Source of the DNA: Azolla caroliniana
Lineage: Eukaryota > Plantae > Polypodiophyta
Assembly: GCA_043228905.1 (NCBI GenBank)
Contig: JBHGNT010000158.1
Span: 1 to 64,000, forward strand
Length of the DNA: 64,000 bases
Direction: 5' to 3'
Notes under the pieces: model-generated
What the model was told of the DNA's origin: nothing
Seen by the model: the letters and a program-made list of their open reading frames with translations, nothing else
The model's database searches: none
Program-made: the position numbers and the translations under genes
Part shown: one piece after another, positions 1 to 12,082 of the stretch
Layout: every line of letters starts with the position of its first letter
Position numbering within the stretch: position 1 is the stretch's first letter

Positions 1-2046
1 AGACTTGCACGCTATGCATATTAAAGAAAATATCCCCCTTCGTTTATAGTTTGGGTCACACTTTAGGACTTTGTTGGTTGAAAAACTTTGGATGATAAAA
101 GTTGTCATTCTAAGGCTAAAGATATTTTGATTTCTCTCTTTTATTTAAAGCTTCTTAATTTCCATTTCTCAAATAAGCCACGAGGTATAAGTTGTGTATT
201 GTTTGGTGACTTTGGTCTTTTTATGGGCCATGTTTGACCTCTTTAAGTAAGTTGATACACCTCGTGCTATATTTTTGAGTTCTTCGCTCTATATAAAGTA
301 TTATTTGTAACAAGGCAATGTACGCAAAAGCGCCACACTTACCACTAGTTCTTCGAAAACATTGACATTGTTAGTTTTGGGCAGTTTCACATCGACCAAT
401 GCGCAATAAAAATGTGAAATGCCTTAGAAAATGATATGAGAACACAAAAATGCCCCCTCAACCACAAAATTTTACTTCCAAGATAAAATGGACTCTCGTG
501 CAAATGATTCAAACTCTCATTATCAAACACATTGAGATGACTAGATGTAATAAACAAGCAGTTACACAAATGAACATTGCCATATATTTTGAGTGTGTTT
601 GAGAATGGTATTGTCAAATGAGAAAATAATGATAAGAGATGCTACCAATGCAATCCATCGCTTATAACACATAATCCAAACCCACTATATCATCAATTTG
701 CCCAAATGACCAAGAAGATATGAATGTTGTGTCATGATGGTAAGGTCAATACATTTGTTTATCTTTGCTAAGTTGTTTTGATTCAGACGTATTCCAACAA
801 GCGAATAAAGTTTAAACTTTTGAAAGCTACAAAATGAGATACTATCGTCTTCCATCATCGAGGGAAATGACTTATTCATTACAAGAGGGTGATAGAATAT
901 ACTCATCTCTTTTCAATAGTGGATATGCCAAGGGCTAATGACCTTGGGGTTAGAATCCTTGCATGATCTTGCATCTCGACACACGTGTGCACGAAGACAT
1001 GACACATAGCTAAATGTCATATTAGTAATTAAGAGAGCACCATGTCATCAAGTCTACTCCTTCATTCTCCAATGTGTATATGAAACTATACCCATGTTTT
1101 ACATTGAAGAATTTGAACGATCGAAGTGCGAGTAACAATGATCTCCACAATAATGCATCCTTTATTCAAAAGAAATGTGCACATAGGATATTCGTGGATA
1201 ACAAAACAAAGTGCAGTGACAGAATTTGTGGTATTGCAAGAACCAAAATGTTAAAACAACAAATAATACAAGGTAAAATCCAAATACATATGTAAGTCAA
1301 ATTTCACAATAGTACGATACACATGCACATCACACAAGAAACGCCCTTTGTTATCCACGTGGCTAAGGCAACCGCTCAATGAAATGTCTTTAGGGTGGAT
1401 TGTCAAGTTATCACGATACAATAAAGCTCCAAAGCAAAGGGTTTGAGTCTTAACGTGGCGCCGATTTCATGCTCGATGAGAAAAGGGTTAAAAAAATAAA
1501 AGGCACTCTTGAAGTTGTTCAAGCCAAGGTTAACAAGATATTACCCACATACCAAGGCAATACATTAAATACCGAGGATTCTGACTTACAAGCAATTGTA
1601 TGCAAGGCAATAAGCTTGGAATCAAGCAAACACCCACACCTTTTCTCATTCATACTTGCTTCACACATTTGATGGATACACAAGAAGGGAGGTAGTAAAA
1701 GAAACATCGAGGCATCGATATATGGGCGGCTAACCGGTGGATGGATGGGCGGGTGCCGGACATTTCGGCCTCAAGAGGAGCCATTATGATATCCAACATA
1801 TGTATATGGATGTATGTATGTATGTTAACACAAAGAAACACCATGGTTGTTTGTGTTGTTGAGTGCATCATATCATGAAGAAACAAACAACATGTTTTTT
1901 TGCTTGTGTTGTTCAAATGTTGAGTGCATAGCATAAACATGACATGATAAACCCCAAAACAAGAAGAAGAAGAAGAAGAAGAAGAAGAAGAACAGAAGAC
2001 ACAATGCAAAAATGCACTAGGCGCATCTACTCTGTTTTTTGAAGAC

Positions 2047-2330
2047 CAGAGCAGAGTAGAGCAGAACAGGGGAGCAGGATTGAAGAGCAGAACAGAACAG
2101 GGGAGCAGGATTGAAGAGCAGAACAGAACAGGGGAGCAGGATTGAAGAGCAGAGCAGAGCAGAACAGAACAGAACAGGGGAGCGGGATTGAAGAGCAGAG
2201 CAGAGCAGAGCAGAGCAGAACAGGGGAGCAGGATTGAAGAGCAGAGTAGAGCAGAGCAGAGCAGAGCAGAACAGGGGAGCAGGATTGAAGAGCAGAGTAG
2301 AGCAGAACAGAACAGGGGAGCAGGAGCAGG
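2047..2330. repeat. Compound minisatellite: 7 copies of GGGGAGCAGG(ATTGAA) separated by variable numbers of GAGCA/GAACA pentamers
   Basis: GGGGAGC anchors at 2069, 2100, 2131, 2177, 2223, 2274 and 2315 give periods of 31, 31, 46, 46, 51 and 41, which differ by multiples of 5. The array ends just before the ATG at 2342. Confidence 0.95.
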
Positions 2331-2341
2331 AGGAGGGAGCA

Positions 2342-5300
2342 ATGGAGGAGGTCGAGGGAGGGCTTCCTCTCGCCCACCACCACGACTCCATGGAGCTAGC
2401 GCACGCCTCTACCATCTCTCGCTTGCTTGCTCCGCCATCGCCTTCAGCCTTGCAGGTGCTTCGTCTGCCCTTCATGTACGTGTTCATGTGCTGCCTAAGC
2501 ATTGTCCCATGCCTCTCTACATACTTATCCCCCCATCTTTCTTTCAAACCATTCTTCTCAAAATGTTATCTTTTTTCTCCCCATCACTGACATCCTTTTC
2601 GCTGTCAATTCCATTTTGGTTCAAAATTTACTGAAGAATGCTGATTTCCTTGTCTCTAGAACGTTAATTCGTCCCTGCAAGAGACAGTGCATGTAACTAG
2701 CCCTTTTCTTTCATCACAGGCTTATTACACTAGGCTCATGGAGGAACATAACTATTCAGGGTTGGAAGTGAAGTACATTGGGAAAGACATTGGAAAAGGT
2801 GCATTCTTGCTGGGTCATTTGTTGAACAATTCCTATTCTACCGATAGGTGATGTCTACGTTGGTCTTACTGACAATCACAAATTAATGCAACTCTTTACA
2901 GGTGTTTTCGCTACAAGAAATTACGATGAAGATGAACTCGTGTTTAAAGAGCATATGCTTGTTGGGGCACAGCATAGCCATAACAAGGTACAACTACCAG
3001 ATGTAAAGAGATTAACTTAGTGCTTAAGATGTGTCTTTGTAGAAATTAAAATTATAAATGATTGAGACAAGCCTGTAGTAAATTCAAATGCTGGAAATTT
3101 GTTTTTTGTATTTCCACCAAATATGGCTCATGGATAATTATCTTTCTGGTACTGTATATGAATTTTCTTCTGAATGGGTAGAAAACACATACCATCCATT
3201 CAAACTCTCGTCTCTCTGCCTCTCTCTTCGTGGCAGTTAAATCATGCAATGTTCTTGTTTCCAATTTGCACAGGCCGATGCATTGGTTTGCAGCTTCTGC
3301 TACTGTTTTGTTGGGTCGATTGAACTGCAAATTGGAAGGCGCATCCATGCATACATGCAACAGGAAGTTGATAAGTCTGGTTCCACTCTTAATGATAAAT
3401 CATCTTCCTCTGTCATGGGCTGTTCTGATCATACAGATTGCAATGAGAAAATGTTGAGGGACAGTATTGACCTGCCTGATGGTCTTGTAGAATCATTAAT
3501 CACTGGGAATATCTGCCTCCCATATTCTGATTGCTTTTCGTTACCATCAATAGTGAGCTGTATTGGTGGCTGTAAAGAGGAAATCTTTTGCAGGCAAGCT
3601 TCATCATTTGATACAATGTCTTAGAACTCAGATATATTATTTATCTTCTGATAAGCAGAGAACTAAAACATTGGAAATTTTTCATGACAGTGAAAGCTGT
3701 GCAAAAGCAGCATGGGCCTCCTACCATTCATTGCTTTGCACTGGACCAAAATCTCTCTGTCAGAACAAAGATATGCTTCTCAAGTTCATCAATCATGCAG
3801 ACGGTATGCATTTTTTCTTCATGAATCCTCAATCAATTTGTGGTCACAAATATCACCAAATGATGTTATTTTTCTTCATCTACAAACTTAACTGAGCATG
3901 TTTTAGAACCGTTTTTTGTTGTTTAGTCACATTTGGAAGGTGTCGAGAATTGTGAAATGACACAATGATTCTTGTCTCTTGTTATGCCTTTGTTTGATAT
4001 TGTACATCTCTGATTTTTTAAGTCATAATGTGTAACATTCTGAGACAAATTTTATATATTGCAGAAACAAATGATATTTTCCTTGTGGCTGCCAAGGTAT
4101 TCTTTAAGAGCTTGTTATTTCTTATGACAATGTTTTAAATATTACCTCTCTCTCTCTCTCTCTTTCATAAATAATGGCTTTCATTACGAAAGAAAAAAAC
4201 ACACTACCATGACTAACTTGCAACAAAGTATAGCACCCTTATAGGGATCTAAATGTCAAATATGATGATATGTGAGCTTGCAGAGTTCTCTCTTTTCATG
4301 GTTGAAGTTTTGTGACTTCTCTAGCACTATCAGGTGCCACAAAAGAAGTCCTTTTAACTTTACAACATATTTTCTCACCCCAACTTACGAAGCAAACTGA
4401 AGGCATTCTGCATATTCCAATTGAACTATAGCCCCCAAGACCTCAAGAACTAAAAAATAATTTGGAATGAGGCATTAGTTCATTGTTCTCAAAATTTATA
4501 AAAACCCAATTGAATGAAGATAGTCATACTCTAGTTAAAGACATCCATACTAAATTGATACATGAAAAGAAGTGATGTGTACTATGTTTTAACTCCACGG
4601 AACAAAAGAAACACATTCCTCTAACAATGTTTCTTTTGTTCAATGCATCCCCCAATTCTAAAGCTCCAACCATGACTCTCCAAATGAATACCTTAGCTCG
4701 ATCATCAAGCAAGAACACTAACATGCCTTGATCATTTGAAACCACTAAGTAATGGGCTTACGAAACCCCATATCTTTATAACCCTTTCTTCCATCCATTT
4801 ATGGTTTTCAATCAACTTGTGATAAGTATCATTTATTGATCTTATAGTCAATCTCCTATTTCCAACAAATGTCCAATCAAGCTCTTGAGATCCCCCATCT
4901 AAATCAGGAATTGGCTCATACGATGATAATAATCCTTGCAACTTGTCCCAAATAAAGGAATAACATCTTGGAATACAAATGTTGATCTTATTGTTCGAAA
5001 GACCATTCATTTTCTTTGTGACACCAACCTCAAATTCTTGGCTATTACCAAACCTAGTCTAGCCATCCCATTAAATTGAAGGTCAAGAAGTTGTTTACCT
5101 TCCCACCTTAACAACCTTGATGTTGCCAAAACCTCCATTTGTAATGAATTGGCACATCCCTTTCTCGTGGAGGATGCCAAGATGTCAACAAATGATTAAC
5201 ATTAGAGACCTTGCACATTTGATATCCCTTTTAGAATTGACATTCCACCAATTAGCTTCAACCGTCATGTTTCCAAGTTGAATACCCGTTTTCTCTATAA

Positions 5301-7067
5301 AGTATGCCACCATTTCTGTCGAAGGTTGTGCACCCTTTAAACATAAATCAAATGGAAGTAAATCGATGAGCCACCATATGCGTATATAAAATCTATATCG
5401 ATGCCTGACCAAGACGCTTCGGAGTACAAACATCATCCCTGCTAGCCATGACATGACACTTTTCTCTTTTCTCTTCCATAACATTATTGGCATTGATTGT
5501 GACACCATCTCAAGAGCTTTCTTCAACCATGGTAGCAAAGGAAGATAATAAGATATCATAGAGACCATAACGGATTGGAGCATGTTAAGCCGTACATGTA
5601 AAGGCTAGAATGGAGGCCTCCAACACATAAACTTATCCTCTAATTTTTAGATACCCATTCAATAAGTTTCACGTGAGAAACTTTTACAACATTAAGAGTG
5701 GTATATGTATTGTGAACATGAACCACCACAGAAATAGCTGTTGGATGGGTAATTAACAGAACAGGGTTTGTTAGCAATAGATACAACAAGGAAAGGGACA
5801 ATTGAAGATGATTAGGCAGAGAGATGGATTGATTTGCCCTCATGATGCAATGTCCTGACCTTTTATACCGATCTTGTGAATATGTGTCTGTAGGGTTGTG
5901 CAATAGAAATACTCTTTACAACAAAAGAAGAGATGGATGGTTGATGGCAGAACAGGACGAGAAACTGGAAGGCAAGCATTGCTTCATGGACAGGGAATAG
6001 AATAAGAAAACAAATGTGTTCAAAATTTGGGAAGATGGGAGTCAACATCCCAAGGCCACAGATCCAAAAAAGATGCACTTCCTTTGCAATCAAAGCTTTA
6101 TTATACACATGTAGAAGCATACACAGTGTGCTTCCCTTTTTATTCATGAGGAGAAAATTGAATGTAACATGGATATGGAGATAGTCATACCTACTGTGAT
6201 TGGTGACTTTATTGGCTTCCTTTAACTTTATTGATCTTATTATTTGCAAATTATGTGCTACGGATTTATATTGTCAATACATCACACCATCTTTTAATAC
6301 AGGTTATATCAGGTACCATACTGAAAGCTTTGAGCTTGAAACAGCAAACAACAATGTGTTCAGATTACACGCTACCTAACAAAGAATATGGCGAATTATT
6401 GCTTCTTCAGGCATGGGAGCCTTTTTCTATGGGCTTCAAGCGCTTGTATGAGAATGTTTCTATATGTTTGGTATTGTTTAGCAAGCAAGTCAATGTTGTT
6501 TGGGCTGGGTTTTAATGTTGATTATTTTAAATGTATAGGTGGTGGAAGTCTGTGGCGTTACCTACAGACTTGGGAACAGATGATGAATTGGAATTTCGAA
6601 ATCAAATTAGGGAGCTTGCTTCTGATGTTAGTTTTGTGGCCATACTTTTCTTTTACAAGTAAAGTAATAAATATAATGTAAGGAGGGGGTACTGTTAGAG
6701 ATGAATAAGGGGAGGTTTACCTATTACGTTTGCAGGTGACACATTTGTTTCTTTGATTAAAGGTCCAGACGATGTGCAAAAACCTTTAGATGGATGGCCA
6801 GTTTCTGTTGTTCATTGACCTTCTGTATAAATAGTAGGAAAAGTAGTCTCAAATTATTGCAAAAAAATGTTTATGTAGCCTTTATGATTCAGTACTATCA
6901 TTAATTAATACGAACTTGGGGGGGGGGGGGGAGAGAGAGAGAGAAGTAGCTAGTATCTTTTTAACATCTACGGGAGATTGATTGCGATCTATGAGACGTG
7001 GCCTAGCCCATGGAGAGGATTGCAATTTTATGTCTTTGCTGTTACGGTGCAAACCATCAAGTCAACA

Positions 7068-7114
<47 letters not shown>

Positions 7115-9413
7115 GGGAGGATGGTGAAAGTAACATTTTTGCATTTATATTAGTCCTTGAATTTGCTGAAAGGTGCAATTTTTCAAGAGGAGTATGCTGC
7201 ACGTATCCTTAACCAAATATTTCTGTTGTTTTGATTACATAATGAAGTTTCTAATAATATAATTTAGAGTTCTCAAAAAAATGGAAGGATGTATGGATGT
7301 TATTTTGTTATCCTTAACCAAATATATTTCTTGTAGTCTTTTCGTTGGAGGTGTATGGACACATTATTGGAATGTTTGAGTTAAATAACCTGTAAGTTTC
7401 TGGTTTTACTGCTCTTGATGAGTTTGCTATGTCCTTAGTCAGAGATTAATTCACAAGGCGTTATGATTATGCATTGGTATGGTGTCCTATATAATACCTG
7501 TACTACAAAAGAAAGTTCTAAATTTGGCATGGCTCTGTATCAGATAAATCACCTGCCATCTAAATATTTTATATCCATGTTTAATTCAAGACATTATTGT
7601 ATTATTGTTGTAATAACAAATAGTCTAGAATACCCCCCAAAAATTTGTCATCTGGTTTGAAACATGGTTTTGGCAATATCTTTCTTGTATGAATCATTTC
7701 CCTTAATTGTGACAAAATGAACTAGATACGAGTAAAAATTGAATTATTAATCTGAGTTTGCAGTTGAACCACATTTATAATAATGTGAATTATGACAATC
7801 AATAATGAGATCACATAGGAACAATGAGTGGTTTTTAAAGTGACTGCGTCAGTGTCTATAAGCCGTTGCAGAACTCAGGTAGCTTACTCATGTATACGAA
7901 TTGTGCTGCAACTGTTTAGCATATATTTAGAATTTCGTCTTTGCCCTAGATCACATTTACTTCCATGAGGTTCTTGCATAAATCTAATGTTAGAAAATTT
8001 CTATTTTGACAAGGGATCTTGTTGTTGCTTCCCCTGTGGAAGACTATTTTATTTTCATTGATGAGCTTCCAATCGAAGAAAAGGTGTCTATAAATTCTAC
8101 ACTATGATGATTTTCATTATAAGGATGATTCTGGCTGAGTGAGTGACTGATGTGTGTTCCAATTGGAAAATCAGGTTGAGATTGAGAAGATTACAAAACC
8201 TTTATTGGATGCTTTAGGTGATGAATACGATGTTCCCTGTCAAGGTACATACTTTACATTCCGGATACAATGTTTTTTCTGTGTCAATGGTTACTGAATG
8301 ACTTGGAAGTATATCCTTAGGAAAGAAAGAATGGATCTTACTAAAGAAATAATTATATGTTAGCTGAATGTATTTTTACAATGTGTTTTGTATAATTTAT
8401 TTGGTGAAGACTGTCTTTCTTAATTACTGTGGTTATTTCTTTTCTGTTCTATTCAGGAACTGCGTTTTTCGCATTACAAAGCTGTATCAATCATTCATGT
8501 TCGCCAAACATACGAGCGTTTAAGAGAGACGAGGCAGGACTCTTATGATAATAAAATTTCCCTTTTTCTCTAGACTAGTAATTATTTCTTGCCTAAATAG
8601 GTCAGCCTAATCATAGCCCATTGAAAGTACTTGTGTATATCAATGTGAGTACATAATATGTATTAGTTGCCTATAGTTTAATTTCTTGGGAATAGATGGT
8701 CATGTATATTTAGTAAGCATTGACAAACATGATACGAATCGTGTCTTGACATTTAACTGAATGTAATCTTTTGACATATGATTTACAAATGTTTTAGGAT
8801 AAAGATGGCCAGGCTGTGTTGCTTGCTAGCAGGCCAATCAAGATTGGGGATCAGGTACTTCAGACCATGTTATTTATTTAGTGATGAGAAACTTCTATGA
8901 TATAATTATTTATAGGGCACTGCGATATAATTCTTAGACAAGTGTCCAGATGATGAATGCTATTCTAGGTATTGAGTGATTTCTTGTTTATAGGGTTAGT
9001 ATTAAAGAATGAAATATCAATTTGTGCTGTCAAGAATGGATTTAACGTGTGAAAAGTAGCAAAAGGTGATGCTGCATAAACCTAGGTAGTTCTTATGAGC
9101 AATAACACGCGAAAACAAACTGAATTTACTCATATGACAAAGACTATGGAATTTTGGGGAGGATTCCATTTCCCCTCTGAATTGCGCTGAACTTGTTTTC
9201 TACAGAAACAAACTTGAAAATTAGGCCAAAAATCTTCCTTTAATTTTGATCAAGTTCTTTGACTATTATAATTGTGGGTTGCCTTTCTAATGCCAGATCA
9301 CACTCTCGTATATTGATGAGAACTCTGAGTTTGAAGAGCGCAAGGCAATGCTCAAAGACTATGGCTTTGTCTGTAGTTGCTGTAAATGTCTCAAGGATTC
9401 AACAACTCTGTAG
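2342..9413 (+). CDS. ATXR2: SET-MYND histone-lysine N-methyltransferase, ATXR2/SMYD5-like, 15 exons
   Basis: Exons 2342-2455, 2720-2798, 2902-2987, 3274-3593, 3691-3803, 4065-4096, 6303-6445, 6539-6626, 7154-7202, 7337-7391, 8014-8083, 8175-8244, 8457-8533, 8798-8854 and 9297-9413 join in frame. Motifs GKGVFA, LVCSFCYCFVGSIELQIGRR, HSLLCTG, TNDIFLVAAK, GMFELNNLDLVVASPVEDYF, SCINHSCSPN, ITLSYIDE and the post-SET YGFVCSCCKC match recalled ATXR2. Confidence 0.93.
4290..5640 (-). mobile_element. Degenerate L1-type LINE ORF2 3' fragment (post-RT region plus zf-RVT) in ATXR2 intron 6
   Basis: Minus-strand peptides LLQSVMVSMISYYLPLLPW and KVFIWRVMVGALELGDALNKRNIVRGMCFFCSVELKHSTHHFFSC, with stops and frameshifts. 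Confidence 0.8.
7203..7336 (+). other. U12-type (minor spliceosome) GT-AG intron
   Basis: 5' splice site GTATCCTT at 7203, branch point TCCTTAAC at 7311-7318, AG at 7335-7336. The flanking exons join as EEYAAL-FSLEVYG. Confidence 0.9.
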
Positions 9414-9697
9414 GTTCTATAGGCTATCTGCCAAGCTTCTATGTGGTCCAACAAGTAAAATACAGGAGTGGTTGATGCAATCTTCTCAAATGCTTGGCTG
9501 AATTTTCAATTTGTTTTGACAAGAGGTCTTCCTGTAGTTGCTGTAAATGTCTCAAGGATTCAACAACTCTGTAGGTTCTATAGGCTATCTGCCAAGCTTC
9601 TATGTGGTCCAACAAGTAAAATACAGGAGTGGTTGATGCAATCTTCTTAAATGCTTGGCTGAATTTTCAATTTGTTTTGACAAGAGGTCTTCCTGTA
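9371..9697. repeat. 161-bp near-perfect tandem duplication covering the ATXR2 post-SET end, stop codon and 3'UTR
   Basis: 9371-9531 is repeated at 9532-9692, with CTGTA microhomology at the junctions. Confidence 0.95.
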
Positions 9698-10288
9698 CTT
9701 GTGACCTCCTTCGAGAAATTCTATTTGATACCATTATACAGGAAGTAATAAACACCACTTACTCCACAGGCGGGAAATAGAAATAACTTCATTTATTCAT
9801 ATAAAAATGCAAATTTACTTTATTTCATCCCCCAATTATTGGCGTGAATTTCTGTTGAGCATTAATCATTTATATTTTGATTAGTTATGAATACCGTTTT
9901 ATTGATAAACCATGATAACAGGGACTGGTTTGATGGAACACTTGTTTGTTGGGCATTCTTTGGGAAATAGTATAGTTTGGGAATGATTTACTGGGGGGGT
10001 TCTACTTCAAATTTCTAGTCTTTTGCATATGTTTTGAGCAGTCTCCGTCGATTATATTGTAAGCTTTCTGTAGCGATTTGATGGCAGCATGGCTTTACTC
10101 ATTGGAAGGGATCACGTAGCAAGTTGCAACTATGGTGCCCACCATATTTTATTATATGTATATGCATGTGCATATGAACAGGCTAGATAGAAATATGTGG
10201 GAGCATTGACAACACCATTTATGAAAAGTGTTATGGAAAAAGCAAGCTAACTTTTATTTTGTGGAGTGGCTGGCCCATATGCTATATT

Positions 10289-10476
10289 GATATATGCACT
10301 CACCTCTGATCTGGACAATTCTGTAAATGATATGGATATATGCGCTCACCTCTGATCTGGGCAATTCTGTAAATGATATGAATATATGTGCTCACCTCTG
10401 ATCTGGGTAATTCTGTAAATGATATGGATATATGTGCTCACCCCTGATCTAGGTAATTCTGTAAATGATATGGATA
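10289..10476. repeat. 46-bp minisatellite, 4 copies
   Basis: Unit GATATATGYGCTCACCTCTGATCTGGGCAATTCTGTAAATGATATG. Confidence 0.93.
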
Positions 10477-12082
10477 ATTCATACCTAGCAAATTGAATTG
10501 AAAAAAGAAAAACTATGTCCCACTACAACTATGCTTGATCAATGTTTATAAATACCATATATGCTAGTCAAAGCAATGACCATGACTACATGCTAGTCGA
10601 AAAATTAACCACTTCAGGCCATGAGAACCACCTAATTTGACATTCCAGTGGAGTCAAGGTTGATGAAACAGCTGTTGGTCAGTTGATTTGTGCATAGGTG
10701 TTTGCTGAGGTGGAACTGTTTAGGTTTTGAATAGGGAGCTAAAGAGGAAAAAAAACGGTTAGGGTTGCGATTCTAAATCATAGAGTAGATCACTAATACA
10801 GTAATAGGGAATATTGATATGCTCCAATATTCCCTGTTTGAATAACATGCACACTATAACTAAAAGCATTACAAAACTGATTGTATGCTGTATCAGTTTA
10901 AAGAAAAATGGAAGGATACAAAAACGTATTTTTTTGTATAGGTATACCATAGATTCAACAAGGTGAGATTACAAATCATTTTTGAACTCACTAAATGTGG
11001 CTTTGTTTGTAGTTTTTCTCATGGAATTGAAGATTATTAGTCTAAATGCTTGCATTAGGATTAATCACCTTAAATGCTTTTATTAAGTATTTCCTTAGTT
11101 TTTGGCTTTATGCGATGAAAATGCTAGAGATGCCTCAGCATGAAATCATCTCCCTGAACATATAACTAACGATATGTAATTAATCCATTATGAATAGTTA
11201 TGACAATGCCTTATTCCTCAACGGCTTATTAGAAATATGGCACAATTATATTGCCATGTTGAAAGGTTCCATAAACAAAAGGGATGCATGTGTGCTAAGT
11301 GATGAATTACTAACTATATACGCCAGTCAAAGAGTGGCAATAAAAATATGATATTAATAGCTCATAGTTGGAACAATAATTGAGCTCGCAACGCAAACAT
11401 AAAGAAACAAATTTGGGGATATGAGTGGTAGGTCATGATCTGTTATAGAACGTGAAATTTAAGGAACAATTGGAGAATAAAGTGTATAGTTTACTAAATC
11501 ATAGGAATCCAGTTTATCATCAATGAGGTAGTAGTCAATTCAAACTGATAGCTCAAACAAGTCTTTTGATTTTCTCCATCCAACATGGAAGTGTGCAAGA
11601 AATGAATACTTGTAGATGGATAAAACATGAAGATGTCAGGTCCTTTTTCTACATCCTACTTCAACTTTTCATCGTTAAAACATCAAAATACATACTTTTT
11701 TCTTTCTTAGACCTTGATACTCTCTATTCTTGTCTCGTAACAACTGATAAACAATGTAGACTACATGTATTGTTCATATTTACACGGTTGTCATGAGCCA
11801 CAATAAATTTACAAATGTTGTAATTAATTTACAAATGATGTTAGTGGAGATACTTATGGTGTCACTATGCATCTTCACAAATGAGATTCAATTAATTAGC
11901 ATTGCGCTGGAGATATTTCATGTGCCCAAATGTCTCTTTAGACGATTTGCACTTGGCAACAAGTCACATAGTGAATGCTTGCTCCTCTACTTGGGGTGGT
12001 CAGATGTTCCCAGAAGCATGGAAACACACAAGGAATATATCTTTATCATGGAGAATGTAAATACTCGAAAAAAATGATCATG

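Noticed and set aside
1-1700. Short ORFs, possibly transposon debris
   Set aside because: No recognisable motif or splice structure.
2047-2330. CRISPR-like pattern of conserved repeats with variable spacers, and the overlapping ORFs 1650-2342, 2017-2547 and 2188-2634
   Set aside because: The spacers are just pentamer microsatellite units, there are no cas genes and the context is eukaryotic. The ORFs are translations of the repeat.
8311-8318. ATATCCTT, a perfect AT-AC U12 donor motif inside an ATXR2 intron
   Set aside because: The flanking exons already join in frame through GT-AG, and no matching branch point or AC acceptor is evident.
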